Source of the DNA: Phyllosticta citribraziliensis | Taxonomy: Eukaryota | Length of the DNA: 64,000 nucleotides | Assembly: GCF_038025025.1 (NCBI RefSeq) | Contig: NW_027117346.1 | Coordinates: forward strand, 1,364,001-1,428,000 | Direction of reading: 5' to 3' | Shown here: positions 60,970 to 64,000 of the stretch, in pieces | Layout of the letters: every line of letters begins with the position of its first letter | How positions within the stretch are numbered: the first letter of the stretch is position 1 | Notes under the pieces: generated by a model | Told to the model about the DNA's origin: nothing | Database searches by the model: none | Seen by the model: only the letters and a program-made list of their open reading frames with translations | Made by a program: the position numbers and the translations under genes

Positions 60970-62601
60970 AGGTTCGTCCTCGCGGATATTTCAATCCCGG
61001 CCCGAGTCCCATGAAGCACAGGTACCGTCCAAGCTGCATGTCCACACGTCATTTCATGTCTACAGGCGCTTAGCTCGAGTCTTTGCCACCGGATCACGCT
61101 TGCCCCGCCTTTGCTGACGCGGGATGACTGACTGGTCGACTAGACAATGTGAGCTAAATATTTGAGGTCCTGAGGTCAAGATATGGCGCCAAATTAATGG
61201 ACACAACCTTGGGGTTCTCTGGATGGGCACTTGAATGTTCCCTTGAATTGCCCCTCAAAGACGCTGGAATACTCCTGGATACTGTGGGCTAGGGTTGCTT
61301 GAATGCTCCCTGTCAAGTCGTTCGTTGAAGCGGATGGAAATTTCCCGACTTCTCCTCTCTTGGGCACAGGTTCTCTGAGTGTCTTGCCATCTGAACTTCT
61401 AATACGGTCACGCTTGTGCTCGTAATGAAGTTGGCTGGCTAGCGGTCTGAAGTCTGCACATTTCCTTTGGGCATATGGATAATATCCATGCAGTACTCAC
61501 CGAGACGAAAGGCAACTTCAAGGTCAACGTCCCTTACAAAACTGCATGCGTCTTTGCCAGAAGGCTCTTTGTACGTCAAATGACTGCCATTGCGCTTCAA
61601 CCGCAGCCCAATGCCCCTTTACCAACCAAATTTGTGTTTGGAATAATTGCTTGCTTGTGGGATGGGACTCGTGATTGACCATGTTTCCGGGGCATCGTAG
61701 GCACAGAACCAAGTTGCAACTGCTCCCTAAGCGCAACCGTGACAGCGGATGACTGCTCCCAAATCGTGCCTGCACAAGCGCAAGACAAGGTTCCAGATGT
61801 CACTGGCAGTGAACGAGTTCTCGCTGTGGGCAGCCCGATTGCCAAGAGGCCCTCTTCTTTCAACACACATTGTCCCTCCGAAACCATGTGGAGGCAAAGG
61901 ACAAGGCTTTGAGTCTCGAGATGGCGAACCGTCCCAACATTCTCACTCTCGCGGATGAACAGTATTCCTGTGGCATTTTGCAGCTCGACTGTTGTTGTCG
62001 GAGCGATGACGACACCGGCTCTCGAAACCGCACGTCGGGGGAGCGTCAATCGAGGGCGTCGAGAACAACGAGGGCTCGTTTGGTCGGCAAGGCAGCGTGC
62101 GGGATCGGTATTGCAGGCGAGCAGGCGAGGGCTTTCGAGTGATTGCTAGGAAAACTGACGAGGTGAAGACGACGAACGGAGACTGGAGGCTGGGAAGTGG
62201 AGAGATGTCGGCGCAAGGGTCGAGGTCGAGGTCGATGTCTGGACGACCTGAGTCGGTTGGCAGTGCACGGACCCGCAAAGCTACCTACGGCAAGTGCGCT
62301 CACTGCGTCGGCGTCGGAGGGCAGCTAGCACCACAGCACTCCCTCTCTCCACGCTCCACCAACGCTGCGCGTCTCTTTGCTGCGTGCTCCGACTCTATTC
62401 GCCTTCCCTATCCCCCAATCCTCTCATCGCTCAGTCTTCAATCGCCATCTGTCCTGTCCCTCTTTGACAGCGCCGACCCTGGCACCTCCAACGACACCCG
62501 ACACATCTGGTCAACAACACTCGGCACGCCAATACCACATCCCTCTGCATGACCGCCCCGGATCCACTTGATTCTCGCACAACTTGATCTCGCGGCGCGC
62601 G

Positions 62602-64000
62602 ATGGCCTGGCAGTCTCCGTCCGCGATGAGCAATGGGGGCCCTGGCGGCGAGGCCACTGGGCCCGTCGGCACAGAGTATACGTTACAGGGTACGTCTTCA
62701 CTCGCCACCCCTAGCTTCCCTGGCAGTCTTTCTGTCTACTGTAGCCGGTACTGACTGATTCTGCAGGCGTGATGCGCTTCCTCCAGCTCGAATGGCACAA
62801 TCACGAAAGAGCCCGCAACGCATGGGACATTGAGCGCGCCGAGATGAAGGCAAAGATTGCAAAGCAGGAGGGTGAGGTTAGGAGCGCCAAGAAGCTCAAC
62901 GAGCAGCTGGAGAAGCATGTTCGCATGCTGGAAAATGCATTGAAGAACGAGAGGGCCAAGAACAAGGGTGTGGAAAAGCAGTCTGAACAGGACAAGGCCG
63001 ATGCAAAGGGCAAGGAGCGTTTGAGCGCCGATCCCAAGAGAATCGGTAAGTTTTGAATGTTGCGTGTTTGATGTAGGCTGACGGTTAAGCCCTCGGCAAA
63101 GGCCACAACTCGTTTCTCGACATTGAACCGGAATCTCAAGAGCAATCCGAGGCCGAACGAGAGGCACAGCGCGACAGGGCGAGGCACTATCTCACGAAAT
63201 GCGTCGAGGAAATATCCTACCTTCTCCAGCCTCCGGCCCATCCTCCACCTACCCAAGCTCAGCTTCAGTCTTTAAACCAAAATGCGTTCATGAGCCAGGA
63301 TCCTTCGATGCCTCTCGAAGAGGCGTACCTGCACCAGCAGCGACAAAAGGCTCATCAATCGGGCATGGGATTGCCCCAGCAAGCGCCGATCCCCAATCAT
63401 CAGCCGCCACCTGTGCCATCCGTTGCCGACATGTCCAATTATTCGCATGGTCCCCAGATGCCCCAGCAAGCTCCATACATGTCGCGGGAGCCTGCCAGCT
63501 CACAGTCCATGCAGCCAATGCAGATGCACGAAGCCGGCCAGCCACCCCACGAGACCGACCCAAACTTTGCGCTTCCCGAGGAAGAGGTTGAAAAGGTCAC
63601 GCACAGTTATGACGCGTACGGTCGACCTGTGCCGGCTAGAGAAAGCGAACCAGCAGCGAGAGGCTCGATGACGGACGACTATGAGGGGTGGAATTTTGAT
63701 GAGACGGCACCCCCGCCCGAGCCGCCACCAGAGATTCCGCCACCGCGCCGCCCCGACACGGACGCTTTCCCGAGCGCAAACAGCATACCCGCAAAGTCGC
63801 CGCCTCGCGGCGGTCCACACTCGCATAGGCGCAAGAGCTCTGGAGCGACGGCCATGTCGCGGAGGAGGAGCCAAGGTCAAGAGTCGAGCGAAAATGCGAG
63901 CGCACCTGGCGCCAAGACGGATCTTCAGCAATTCAAGGTTCGGTATGCGCTTCGAGGGCACTTGGACGTTGTCCGTTCCGTGATTTTTACCGGTGGAGGC
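62602..64000 (+). CDS. pro11: Striatin (STRIPAK scaffold), 5' part, truncated by the window end
   Basis: TEYTLQG|VMRFLQLEWHNHERARNAWDIERAEMKAKIAK striatin N-domain; intron 62690..62766 and a second intron from 63046; WD40 region begins FKVRYALRGHLDVVRSV. Confidence 0.93.

Noticed and set aside
8700..62000. Possible Starship or other large mobile element carrying the accessory genes
   Set aside because: No DUF3435 tyrosine recombinase, transposase or terminal repeats seen, and core genes (HEM14, PHO88) are interspersed

Overview
Eukaryotic DNA from a filamentous ascomycete, inferred to be a Dothideomycete. The evidence is short GT-AG introns with CTRAC/CTAAC branch sites and fungal gene families. 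Conserved genes recognised from motifs: protoporphyrinogen oxidase (HEM14), a GT31 glycosyltransferase, PHO88/SND3, an MFS hexose transporter, a CYP65-like P450 and striatin (pro11, cut by the window end). Between about 9 and 38 kb is an accessory-looking block rich in secreted or surface proteins: DUF3176, a Cys-rich type I membrane protein, a two-hevein GPI protein, a UVI-1-like protein, a Bim1/X325-like copper protein, a small GPI protein, a secreted alpha/beta hydrolase and a PTH11-like protein. The block also holds an FAD monooxygenase and two probable pseudogenes (F-box, ankyrin) broken by C-to-T-type stop codons. From 39 to 61 kb there are several orphan ORFs with internal tandem repeats and a recurring YGAATGCTCCYTG motif. 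I saw no rRNA, tRNA, CRISPR, transposase or Starship tyrosine recombinase. I cannot prove a new system from sequence alone. The best leads are the uncharacterised ATP-grasp ligase, the membrane-anchored Bim1-like gene with its divergent partner inside a five-gene block, the RIP-like pseudogenisation and the dispersed motif. Family assignments are recalled from motifs, not database hits, and intron coordinates were read by eye.
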